Virus record (IMG/VR): IMGVR_UViG_3300044951_001239 | Span: 31,388 to 95,387 of that record | Direction: 5' to 3' (one strand) | DNA length: 64,000 nucleotides | Origin: a virus | Shown here: in pieces, positions 41,097 through 50,600 of the stretch | Numbering within the stretch: position 1 is the first letter of the stretch | Layout of the letters: each line of letters begins with the position of its first letter | The notes under the pieces: generated by a model | The model's input: the letters and a program-made list of their open reading frames with translations, nothing else | What the model was told of the DNA's origin: nothing | Database searches by the model: none | Position numbers and translations under genes: made by a program

Positions 41097-41961
41097 ATTA
41101 ATAACTAATGGTGATAGTTGGACATTCGGCAGTGAGATAGTTGACTATGCTGTAGTAAACAAACATCTTGACAAAAAACATGTAACAGAATATGATTTTT
41201 TTGAAGAAAACGATAGTTATAGAATTGCTAGAATCTGGCCTACCCATCTAGCTAAAATTATGAATGCTGATTTAATTAATTTAGCATGGCCGGCTGATGA
41301 TAACGGAAGTATACTAAGACGTACTATGTCATATATTGCAACTAACTTTATTGAAAAAAACTTACCTACATCCGACATACTTGTTATAATTGGATGGAGT
41401 AGCCCGGAACGAAATAGTTTTTGGTATGACGATGGAAAACAATCACATTCATTGAGACTATTTCCTACTATTCCTACTTCAGTTAGAGATATTGAATTTA
41501 AGAAATTTTGGGAATATTATGTAACTTATTTATGGAACCCAGAAGATTACATCCGCCGATTCATATTTGATGCAGTACAGTTTGAAAACTTTTGTATACG
41601 CTATAAAATTAAATATCTGCAATTTAATTCATTCTATCAAACCCCTGGCAAGAATATAACACATTGGATAGATTTAAATATATCAGAAGAAGTTAACAAA
41701 CTAAAACCTGATGTAAGCACTATATATGACTCAACTATTGCACGAAGAAAACATGAAATAGCAAATTATATTACATTGTGGAATACAATAAATTCTGTAA
41801 ATTTCTACAATAAGGATCAAACCAATAATACCTTTAAAGGGTTTATTGATTCTAAGTTTAAAGACCCCTACAATAAAACATGGCACCCAAGTCCGGAAAG
41901 TCATTTAGCTTGGGCTGAAGAATTACACAGATATATGACAGTTAATAAAATTATTAATTAA
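41086..41961 (+). CDS. SGNH/GDSL hydrolase-fold protein
   Basis: 'NGDSWTFG', 'IGWSSPER', 'WHPSPESHLAWA'. Confidence 0.7.
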   Translation: MTFKLITNGDSWTFGSEIVDYAVVNKHLDKKHVTEYDFFEENDSYRIARIWPTHLAKIMNADLINLAWPADDNGSILRRTMSYIATNFIEKNLPTSDILVIIGWSSPERNSFWYDDGKQSHSLRLFPTIPTSVRDIEFKKFWEYYVTYLWNPEDYIRRFIFDAVQFENFCIRYKIKYLQFNSFYQTPGKNITHWIDLNISEEVNKLKPDVSTIYDSTIARRKHEIANYITLWNTINSVNFYNKDQTNNTFKGFIDSKFKDPYNKTWHPSPESHLAWAEELHRYMTVNKIIN

Positions 41962-41976
41962 GGGTAAGGAAAACAA

Positions 41977-42417
41977 ATGGTACAAAAAATAAACAAACAT
42001 TGGGGTCACGAACTTTGGATTGCTGACGGCGTAAGAACCCCATATGCTTTGAAACGAATACTTTTCAAAGCTGGAAATCGTACCAGCTTGCAAGTGCATA
42101 AATTTAAGTTTGAAACTAACTATGTGCTAAGTGGTACTGGTCTATTGTATAGAAGTAAAGAATCATTTGACATTGACACCTTTTTAAATAATGGAATGAC
42201 TATTACACAAGTCATGGAATATGAATCTTCATTTGATATCATTGAACTAACAGAGGGTGTTTCATTTGATGTGCAGCCGAGATTTGTTCATCGGGTGGTT
42301 GCAACAACTGATCTTGAATTCATTGAGGCAAGCACTACTGAACTTGATGATGTAATCAGGCTACAAGATGACGGTGGAAGAACACACGGCCGAATAAGCT
42401 ATGAACATGAAAATTAA
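41977..42417 (+). CDS. Cupin (mannose-6-phosphate isomerase type II C-terminal-like)
   Basis: 'KHWGHE', 'RTSLQVHKFKFET', 'VHR', 'EAST.ELDDVIRLQDD'. Confidence 0.75.
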   Translation: MVQKINKHWGHELWIADGVRTPYALKRILFKAGNRTSLQVHKFKFETNYVLSGTGLLYRSKESFDIDTFLNNGMTITQVMEYESSFDIIELTEGVSFDVQPRFVHRVVATTDLEFIEASTTELDDVIRLQDDGGRTHGRISYEHEN

Positions 42418-43936
42418 TACAGTAATTATTCCTACTGCCGGTACCGGTAGTAGAATGGGCAACTACACAAAAAATTTTAACAAAGCACTATTGCCTTATA
42501 AGAATAAGCCAGTAATATCACATATCATTGATAGCTTCCCTAAAGATACTAGATTTATTATTCCCTTAGGCTATTTAAAAGAACAGATTATAGATTTCTG
42601 TGCCGTAGCATACAATGATAGACATATTGAATTTGTTGTTGTTGATGACTGGCAAAGCACAAAGTCTGGTACAGGCTATACCTTACTACAATGTAAAGAC
42701 TTAATCAACTCCTCATTTTGGTATGTACCTTGTGATACATACTTTGATCAATCAGTAGTAGATAAAGTTAGAGATAAAGATTGTTATTTTGTTAAAACAG
42801 TTCCAGCACAAGATACACATCTTTATACTATGTTTGACTTGAACAATAGTTTTTATATACATGATATTAAGTTTAAAGAAGAAACTAGCTCTAATTGGAA
42901 AGCATTTACTGGTTTGATGTATATCAATGATTACAGTGATTTCTTTGCTAGGTTAGAAGCTAGTCACAGCAATGAATTCATTGGTATTATTAAGCTAGGC
43001 AGCGATACAGCAGGTCTTAATACATGGCTAGACTTTGGTAGCCCAATAATATATCAAACTGAATTAAGTAAGAGTCAAAAGTTTGACTTTACAAAGAAAG
43101 ATGAAGTAACTTATATCTGTAACAATCGTGTAGTTAAATGGTGGTTAGACGGATCTGTGGCTAAAAAGAAATACGATAAAGTATTGGCCAATTTCAGTAT
43201 ATTTCCGGATAATTGTCAACATAGCGGTAACTACATGGCCTATGATTTCTTTCAAGGACAAACATTGTACGAATTCAATAATCCAGCGGCATTTACTCCT
43301 TTACTAGATTGGTTAGAAACAAATGTTTGGAAAGATTGCGATGCCGACATTTACAATGCTAGTGTTGAATTTTATAAAACTAAATCATTATCACGTATTA
43401 ATAAGTTTTTAGAAAAGTATCCTAACTTAAGTCCAGTTACTAACATTGATGGAGTAGAAGTTAAGGATTATAATTACTATCTCGATAAAATAGATTGGGA
43501 ATACTTTGCTACTGTTACTCGTCCTGGATTTCTTCATGGTGATTTGCAGTTTGATAACATTGTTATCAGCGAAGATTTAGAGTTTAAGATAATAGATTGG
43601 CGTCACGAATTTGCCGGCTTAGTTGAGTGCGGTGATATATACTATGACCTAGCTAAGATGGCAGGGGGGTTGATTATTAACTACGCTAACATTAAGAATC
43701 ATAATTTCAACATTGAAATAGACAATGGCGCAGTGACATTAAGCATCCCAAATGTAGATCATATAAATGTTTATCAAAAACGTTTAAAGAAATATATATT
43801 GGATAACAACTTAGATTATAACAAAGTTCAACAACTTATACCAATTATATTTTGGAATATGAGCCCCTTACATACCGCACCATTTGATTTGTTCTTGTGG
43901 TATTTGGGTATCAAGTTGTTCCAAGAGTTAGAATGA
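42407..43936 (+). CDS. Sugar-phosphate nucleotidyltransferase fused to APH/choline-kinase-like phosphotransferase
   Basis: 'PTAGTGSRMG..NKALLP' NTP-transferase motif; C-terminal 'HGDLQFDNI..IIDWR..GDIYYDLAK'. Confidence 0.8.
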   Translation: MKINTVIIPTAGTGSRMGNYTKNFNKALLPYKNKPVISHIIDSFPKDTRFIIPLGYLKEQIIDFCAVAYNDRHIEFVVVDDWQSTKSGTGYTLLQCKDLINSSFWYVPCDTYFDQSVVDKVRDKDCYFVKTVPAQDTHLYTMFDLNNSFYIHDIKFKEETSSNWKAFTGLMYINDYSDFFARLEASHSNEFIGIIKLGSDTAGLNTWLDFGSPIIYQTELSKSQKFDFTKKDEVTYICNNRVVKWWLDGSVAKKKYDKVLANFSIFPDNCQHSGNYMAYDFFQGQTLYEFNNPAAFTPLLDWLETNVWKDCDADIYNASVEFYKTKSLSRINKFLEKYPNLSPVTNIDGVEVKDYNYYLDKIDWEYFATVTRPGFLHGDLQFDNIVISEDLEFKIIDWRHEFAGLVECGDIYYDLAKMAGGLIINYANIKNHNFNIEIDNGAVTLSIPNVDHINVYQKRLKKYILDNNLDYNKVQQLIPIIFWNMSPLHTAPFDLFLWYLGIKLFQELE

Positions 43937-44631
43937 AACAATTTTATAGTCTAAGCCAATATCCAGGTAAAACGGGAGAGACGTACTATCGTAAGTTTTT
44001 TAATTTAAAGAACTTACCATACACTTACAACGCATTAAAATGCGAAAACATAGTTGATAGTGTAACCGAATTAAAAAATTCTAATAGTAGTGGATTTAGT
44101 GTAAGTATGCCTTATAAATCTCTAGTCATACCTTTATTAGATGAAGTGGATGAATTAGTTACTCAATTCAATAGTTGTAATACAGTAGTAAATATTGATG
44201 GAAAGTATATTGGTTACAATGCTGATTACTACGGTGCAATACATGTACTAAAAACAGTTCCAGACTCTAGTCCAATTAACATATTGGGAAACGGGGCAAT
44301 GGGCAATATGTTTAAAAAAATCTTAGGTTCTAGAGCTAATATATACAGTCGTTCATTGGATAATTGGGATAAAATACAATCATTAACTGGAACTGTAATA
44401 AACTGCACAAGTTTGGGCACCTCTACAGAGGATAGCCCCTTTGTTAAGTTACCAAACTTAAGCTGTGTAATTGATTTAGCAATGGCTGATAATGATTTAA
44501 AAAAACAAACCATCTCATCTGATATTAAATATATAGGCGGAAAAGAGTTTTACCGACACCAATTCAAAAAGCAATTTGAAATATACACCGGTATAACACT
44601 AAGCCAATCAGAACTTGAAGATGATAATTAA
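43933..44631 (+). CDS. Shikimate/quinate dehydrogenase-like (AroE fold) oxidoreductase
   Basis: 'SVSMPYK', 'SCNTV', 'GYNAD', 'LGNGAMG', 'INCTSLG'. ATG overlaps the previous stop. Confidence 0.75.
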   Translation: MKQFYSLSQYPGKTGETYYRKFFNLKNLPYTYNALKCENIVDSVTELKNSNSSGFSVSMPYKSLVIPLLDEVDELVTQFNSCNTVVNIDGKYIGYNADYYGAIHVLKTVPDSSPINILGNGAMGNMFKKILGSRANIYSRSLDNWDKIQSLTGTVINCTSLGTSTEDSPFVKLPNLSCVIDLAMADNDLKKQTISSDIKYIGGKEFYRHQFKKQFEIYTGITLSQSELEDDN

Positions 44632-45106
44632 TAAATTAGTTTTAGACATTGACGGAGTACTTAACACTGGGCATATTTTATATAGCAGTCAGGGTAAGAT
44701 GTTCAAAGTATTTGGTCCACACGACAAAGATGGATTCAAAATAATAAAGAAATATCTTAATGATATTACCTTTATTACGGCAGATGTGACTGGCTGGGAA
44801 ATAACCTACGCCCGAATAGTAAAAGATTGGAACTATAATCCATCGCAATTGATATTAGTTACCGAAGAAGATCGTATGAGATGGTTTGAAAATAATTGCA
44901 ATTTTGAAACCACTGCATATATAGCTGACGGATATAATGATGCACCTATACTAAAAAGAGTTAAAGTTGGCATTGCACCTAAATCAGCAAGAATAGAAGC
45001 AAGAGAATCAGCAAAGTACGTAACACCCTCTGAAGCAGGTAACGGTGCTGTATTAGATGCTTGTATATATTTAGAGAGAATAATAAATGGACTTGAAGAA
45101 ATTTAA
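44621..45106 (+). CDS. HAD phosphatase, KdsC/YrbI-like
   Basis: 'LDIDGVLNTG..K.F..HD', 'AYIADGYND', 'GNGAV'. Confidence 0.8.
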   Translation: MIINKLVLDIDGVLNTGHILYSSQGKMFKVFGPHDKDGFKIIKKYLNDITFITADVTGWEITYARIVKDWNYNPSQLILVTEEDRMRWFENNCNFETTAYIADGYNDAPILKRVKVGIAPKSARIEARESAKYVTPSEAGNGAVLDACIYLERIINGLEEI

Positions 45107-46103
45107 ATTGGGTGTGGGTCCCATGAGTCCAGAAATAGTTACGATTTGTTTGGAATACAGCAAGGTACATAATTTCCCAATTATGATTATTGCTAGCAGG
45201 AATCAAGTTGATGCTAATAGCGGATATTCGTTTACCACTGAAAAATTAGTAGATTTCATCAAAACTAACGCAAATTATGATCCTGAAAGAGTACTCATCT
45301 GTAGAGACCACTGCGGGCCATATTACGGTGATATTGATAATGGATTATCTGTTGAAGATGCATTAAAAAATTGTATCAACACAATTGATTCTGACGTTAA
45401 GAACGGATTTAATTTGATACATGTGGATATCAGCAGAATAGCAAAAGAAGAAAAATACGCAATAGCAGATCAACTTATCAATTACATTTTGAAGTTAAAT
45501 CCTGACATGATGTTAGAATTTGGAAGTGAAGATAATCTTAGTGTAGAAGAAAACAATAATCAAATACATTATGATGTTGAGTTTAGTAGACGATATCCAT
45601 TTGAAATTAAATTTGTTGTTGGGCGAACCGGAAGTCTTACCAAACACAAACAAGTAGGACATTTTGCAGTAGAAGCTAATACTAAACTAGCAGAGGTTAT
45701 ACATAATCATGGGTTTTTATTTAAAGAACACAATGCTGATTACCTAACTGGACAAGAGATTGTTTTGCGAAAGCTAGCCGGGGTAGATTCGTTAAATATT
45801 GCTCCGCAATTAGGAGTGATTCACACTACTGTACTTACTAACTTGGGCAAAGAATTCATCACTGAGTATCTTGCATTTAAGAAAGTTGTACTTGAAACAG
45901 AAGTATGGAAGAAATGGGTTACCCCTGAGGTAACAGGCGATGAAACTAAATTATTAGTAAGTGGACATTACTTTTTAAACACAGATTCAGCCAAACAGTT
46001 GTTAGAAAAAATTGACATATCACATTTTAAAACTGTGTTGAAAACAGAGATATTTGCCGTACTTGATATATATAGAAAGGCTCTTGACAATGAGCATATT
46101 TAA
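45087..46103 (+). CDS. GatZ/KbaZ-like (tagatose-phosphate epimerase/aldolase-associated TIM barrel) protein
   Basis: 'IIASRNQVD..GY', 'ICRDHCGP', 'LIHVD', 'KEHNADY', 'NIAPQLG'. Confidence 0.7.
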   Translation: MDLKKFKLGVGPMSPEIVTICLEYSKVHNFPIMIIASRNQVDANSGYSFTTEKLVDFIKTNANYDPERVLICRDHCGPYYGDIDNGLSVEDALKNCINTIDSDVKNGFNLIHVDISRIAKEEKYAIADQLINYILKLNPDMMLEFGSEDNLSVEENNNQIHYDVEFSRRYPFEIKFVVGRTGSLTKHKQVGHFAVEANTKLAEVIHNHGFLFKEHNADYLTGQEIVLRKLAGVDSLNIAPQLGVIHTTVLTNLGKEFITEYLAFKKVVLETEVWKKWVTPEVTGDETKLLVSGHYFLNTDSAKQLLEKIDISHFKTVLKTEIFAVLDIYRKALDNEHI

Positions 46104-46212
46104 AAAAATTAGACATTTTATCGTAGAAACCGTGTTTGGTAAAATTACCAGAGAATTACGCTATAGAAAACGATTAAAAGAATTGCGGAAACGTGATCCG
46201 TTTATTTACTAA
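46090..46212 (+). CDS. Small basic 40-aa peptide (not in ORF track)
   Basis: MSIFKKIRHFIVETVFGKITRELRYRKRLKELRKRDPFIY*. TAATG-coupled to the carbamoyltransferase. Confidence 0.65.
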   Translation: MSIFKKIRHFIVETVFGKITRELRYRKRLKELRKRDPFIY

Positions 46213-47687
46213 TGAATTTTATAGGTATAAGTGCCGGCTTCCATGATGCAGCCGTTAGTGTAGTAGATGACCATGGTAACATATTGTTTGCTGGACATAG
46301 CGAACGGTATAGTAAGAAGAAACACGACAAAGATATATGTGAAGAATTGTTAACTGATGCACTACCATATGCTAACTCTGAACAGTTAGAATATCATTAC
46401 TATGAACGCCCGTGGTTAAAGTCATTGAGACAACTACGTAGCGGTGAAGGGTTTATTTGGCCAACATGGGAAAAGATATTGGGATCGGCGTATAGTCAAA
46501 TGAGTGAGCCTAAGATTCATACGCATGGACATCATTTATGTCATGCAGCAGCAGGATTTCAAACAAGTCCGTTTGATGATGCGACCGTAGTGGTGATTGA
46601 TGCCATCGGAGAGTTTGATACTATTACTATCTGGGATGCTTGGTATGATTTTGTAACCGACAAAGCACAATATAAAAAACTCTGGAGTATGCAATATCCA
46701 GATAGTATTGGATTGTTCTATTCAGCAATGACTGAAAGAGTTGGATTGCGCCCGCTTGATGAAGAATATATTCTAATGGGAATGGCAGCATATGGGCAAC
46801 CGATTCATCTGAATGAAATGATGGATGAAATAGTAGATGATAGATTAATCTTCAAACAAAATTTACATACCGGAGTTAGTAAAGATTTCTTAAAAGATGC
46901 TGATCTAATGGACATTGCTAGTAGTAGTCAACATCTAGTAGAACATATGATTACCACAGTAATGGCTAAAGCCAGAATAATGGGCTCTAGTAGTAATCTA
47001 GTATACGGTGGCGGCGTGGCTTTGAATTGTGTAGCAAATAGATTGTTAGGAAATTACTATGAAAATATTTGGATTATGCCTAATCCCGGAGACGCGGGTA
47101 ATAGTCTTGGTGCAGCGTGTCTTGGACAAGGGGGTAAAGTTAATTGGGTTGATGCTTTTCTTGGCTATGGAATTTCTGGTGACTATCCTGTTAACAGTTT
47201 ACTTGATGTTTTACTTAGTGATAGTATTGTTGGTGTCGCATCAGGGAGAGCAGAGTTCGGGCCAAGAGCGTTGGGCAACAGAAGTCTCCTTGCAGACCCA
47301 AGAGGTGGCCGGATTAAAGATAAAGTAAATCAGATTAAACGTAGACAGAAGTTTAGACCATTTGCACCGGTCATTCTGGAAGAGTATGTTCATCAATATT
47401 TTACTATGCCTATACATTGGGATAACAGTAGGTATATGCAAGTAGTCGGCACTTGTAGGTTGCCTGAGTTATTTCCTGCTATTGTACATCATGACGGTAC
47501 TAGTCGTGTGCAAACCGTACCAAAAGATGGATCAGGGATTAGAGAGTTATTAGAGAAATGGTATATACTAACTGGTTGTCCAATGTTATTAAACACAAGT
47601 TTAAACATCCGTGGTGAACCAATGGTAAACAATAGAGATGATGCTGATAGGTTTGCAAAACTTTATGGGGTCAACGTTTTGTCATAA
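46212..47687 (+). CDS. O-carbamoyltransferase, NodU/CmcH family
   Basis: 'HDAA', 'HHLCHAA', 'DAIGE', 'GGVALNC', 'GRAEFGPRALGNRSLLADPR', 'FRPFAP', 'HDGTSRVQTV', 'LLNTSLN'. Confidence 0.92.
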   Translation: MNFIGISAGFHDAAVSVVDDHGNILFAGHSERYSKKKHDKDICEELLTDALPYANSEQLEYHYYERPWLKSLRQLRSGEGFIWPTWEKILGSAYSQMSEPKIHTHGHHLCHAAAGFQTSPFDDATVVVIDAIGEFDTITIWDAWYDFVTDKAQYKKLWSMQYPDSIGLFYSAMTERVGLRPLDEEYILMGMAAYGQPIHLNEMMDEIVDDRLIFKQNLHTGVSKDFLKDADLMDIASSSQHLVEHMITTVMAKARIMGSSSNLVYGGGVALNCVANRLLGNYYENIWIMPNPGDAGNSLGAACLGQGGKVNWVDAFLGYGISGDYPVNSLLDVLLSDSIVGVASGRAEFGPRALGNRSLLADPRGGRIKDKVNQIKRRQKFRPFAPVILEEYVHQYFTMPIHWDNSRYMQVVGTCRLPELFPAIVHHDGTSRVQTVPKDGSGIRELLEKWYILTGCPMLLNTSLNIRGEPMVNNRDDADRFAKLYGVNVLS

Positions 47688-47695
47688 GTATTAAA

Positions 47696-50600
47696 ATGCT
47701 CCGTGATGTATTTTATTTCAATCAAAAACCCAATGTTCACCCAAGAGAAAAATTTGCAACTTCAGTAGAAGATGCAAGAAGTCAATGCACCACTGAACAT
47801 TTTTGGATAGTCAATGAATACTGTGATTATCGCAATTTTGATTGGGACTGGGATTTTGAATTTCTATCAGACGAAGATGTTTGGGTAGAAGAACATAATA
47901 ACGTATGGCCTAGCAACCATCAAAAAGATAGCGGAACATGGCTATGTTCATCATGTTTTAGTGAGGTAATCATATATCGGGCTGATGTCAATCCGTTAAC
48001 TCGCAACAATGAAAAAAATAATAATTGGGTATTATTAGATTTAGTGGATAAAACTAAATTTGATTTTAGTTGGCATCCGGACCCAACCGATTCACCGTAC
48101 ATCTATACCTGGGGATGCAAATTTTTTCCAGTAGAATTGCAAGCGTGTTTAGAATATCATGCTCCTAATGCAACTAATATCAAATATATGAGCGAGATAA
48201 TAGAACTATTACCTCAGACAGAACGATGGATTGAAATACAAGAAATAGATAAAACATTATTTGATATGTCTTGGCGACCTGATCCAAGAGAGCCTCCCTA
48301 CATCTATGTATGGGGAAATAAGCATATTGATGGTACACTAAAATCTACGTTAGAATATCATATGCCTGATGCAACAGATACAAAATACATGCCTAATTTA
48401 ATTTCAGTATTGCCTGAATGGGATAGATGGATTGAAATACAAGAAATAGATAAAACATTATTTGATATGTCTTGGCGACCTAGTCCAGTAGATCCTCCTA
48501 TGAATTATATATGGGGAAATAAGCATATTGATGGTACACTAAAATCTACATTAGAATATCACATGTCTGATGCAACAGATACAAAATACATGCCTAATTT
48601 AATTTCAGTATTGCCTGAATGGGATAGATGGATTATACCAAATGACATAGACCGTTCATCTTTTGATTTCTCTTGGAGGCCTGATCCAAGAGAGCCTAAT
48701 CTTATATATGAATTTGCTACTCAATGGCAAAAGACAGGTGGCCCTCGTTATGTTATGGATGGCGCAACTGAAATAAAGTATCTTGACATACAAAAAGCAA
48801 AAGCATTACCAAATAAGAATAACTTTGAAATACTATACACTAATGTTATTGATGAGTTTGATTATTCATGGCATCCAGACTCAACAGATGAGCCCTACAT
48901 ATATGTATTTGGAAACAACTTGTATCCAGCAGAAGTAATGCCAACTATACAATATGTTCCTAGCACCGTGACTAGACTCGCATCAAGTAAAGCGATTGGT
49001 CAAATAAAATATGTATCTGATATAATTGCTATTTTAGGTGAAAACAAAATTAATTGGGAAATAACTCAACAAATAGATGAACAGAAATTTGATTTCAGCT
49101 GGGCACCCAATCCCAAGGATCCTCCCTACATCTATGTATGGGGAAATAAGCATATTGATGGTACACTAAAATCTACATTAGAATATCATATGCCTAATGC
49201 CACTGAGTACAAGTATATGGAAGAACTTATTGATGTTGTCCCTGAATGGGATAGATGGATTATACCAAATGACATAGACCGTTCATCTTTTGATTTCTCT
49301 TGGAGGCCTGATCCAAGAGAGCCTAATCTTATATATGAATTTGCTACTCAATGGCAAAAGACAGGTGGCCCTCGTTATGTTATGGATGGCGCAACTGAAA
49401 TAAAGTATCTTGACATACAAAAAGCAAAAGTAAAGGCATCTTCTGATAGAAGTAATTGGGCAGTGTTACATAATCTTAAAATAAAAGATTTTGATTATTC
49501 ATGGCATCCAGATGCAACAGAAGAACCCTTTATATATGTATTTGGAAACACGCAGTATCCAAGTGAGATTATGGATACGATTGAGTATCGTATGCCAAAC
49601 GCAACTAATTTAAAATACATAAGCAAAGTTGTTGCTAGGCTTGACGTAGATATGAACGGATGGACTATACCTGAAAGAATTGATATTAGTAAGTTTGATT
49701 TTAGTTGGAAGCCTAATCCAAAAGATCCAGCTTTTATTTACCAGTTTGGTACTCAATGGCAAAAGACAGGTGGTCCACGATATGTTGTTGAAAGTGCTAC
49801 TGAAGTAAAATATATTGATACTTATATTCTTAAAGCAGTTAAATTGCCATGCAGAGAAAATTTTAAGATTCCCGATGAAATAGCTGTTGCTGAATTTGAT
49901 TTCAGTTGGCATCCAGATGATAATGAGACTCCCTATTTATATCAATTTGGTACACAGTGGCAAAAGACAGGTGGGCCAACATATATAGTTGAGAATGCAG
50001 CAGAAATTAAGTATATTGCATTACCAAAAGCTAAAAAATTACCATCTAAGATGAATTGGGTTAATCCTAGTCAGTCAGAGGTTAATACGTTTGATTATAG
50101 TTGGCACCCTGATGAAACTGTCCCGCCGTACATCTATCAGTTTGGTACGTTATTAAATAAAGAAGATGGTCCTAGGTATATGTCACCTAAAACTAATGGT
50201 GAAATTGTACATTTAGAGAGAACACTCGCAGAAGTTGAGCGAACAATTGAAACTATTACTAGATATGTAATCACTACTACCCTGGAAGATTTAGTTAAAC
50301 AACACCCAAATGAAATCTTCTGGGCAATGCATAAGAATATTGACTATACTACTTTCAATTTTGATTGGAGACCTGAAATAGTTAACGTTCAATGGGAAAA
50401 TGAATATGTATATGTGTTTGGTTCGCTTGACAGTGAGATTACCCAAACCTATTTTGTTAATGCTAATATGTACCTTAAAGGCAATCAAGATTTCAAATTT
50501 ATACAAACTGCGGAACTTACTGAAAAATATTTGGCTACCCTATTCAAAAAATCTGATATGTTCTTTGTTGATAGAAGTAATAATGAATCAACTGAACGAT

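Noticed and set aside
43933-45106. Assigning aroE and kdsC gene symbols
   Set aside because: Fold motifs match, but no other shikimate or KDO genes are present; substrates are uncertain.
46212-47687. Carbamoyltransferase as a DNA (hydroxymethylcytosine) hypermodification enzyme
   Set aside because: Its context is glycan genes, and the only thymidylate synthase seen has the dUMP-specifying Asn (PFNIASY). Disfavoured but not excluded, since the rest of the genome is unseen.
48225-49430. Diversity-generating retroelement template/variable repeats
   Set aside because: Copies are in-frame within one gene and are identical or differ in blocks rather than at adenines; no reverse transcriptase is in the window.
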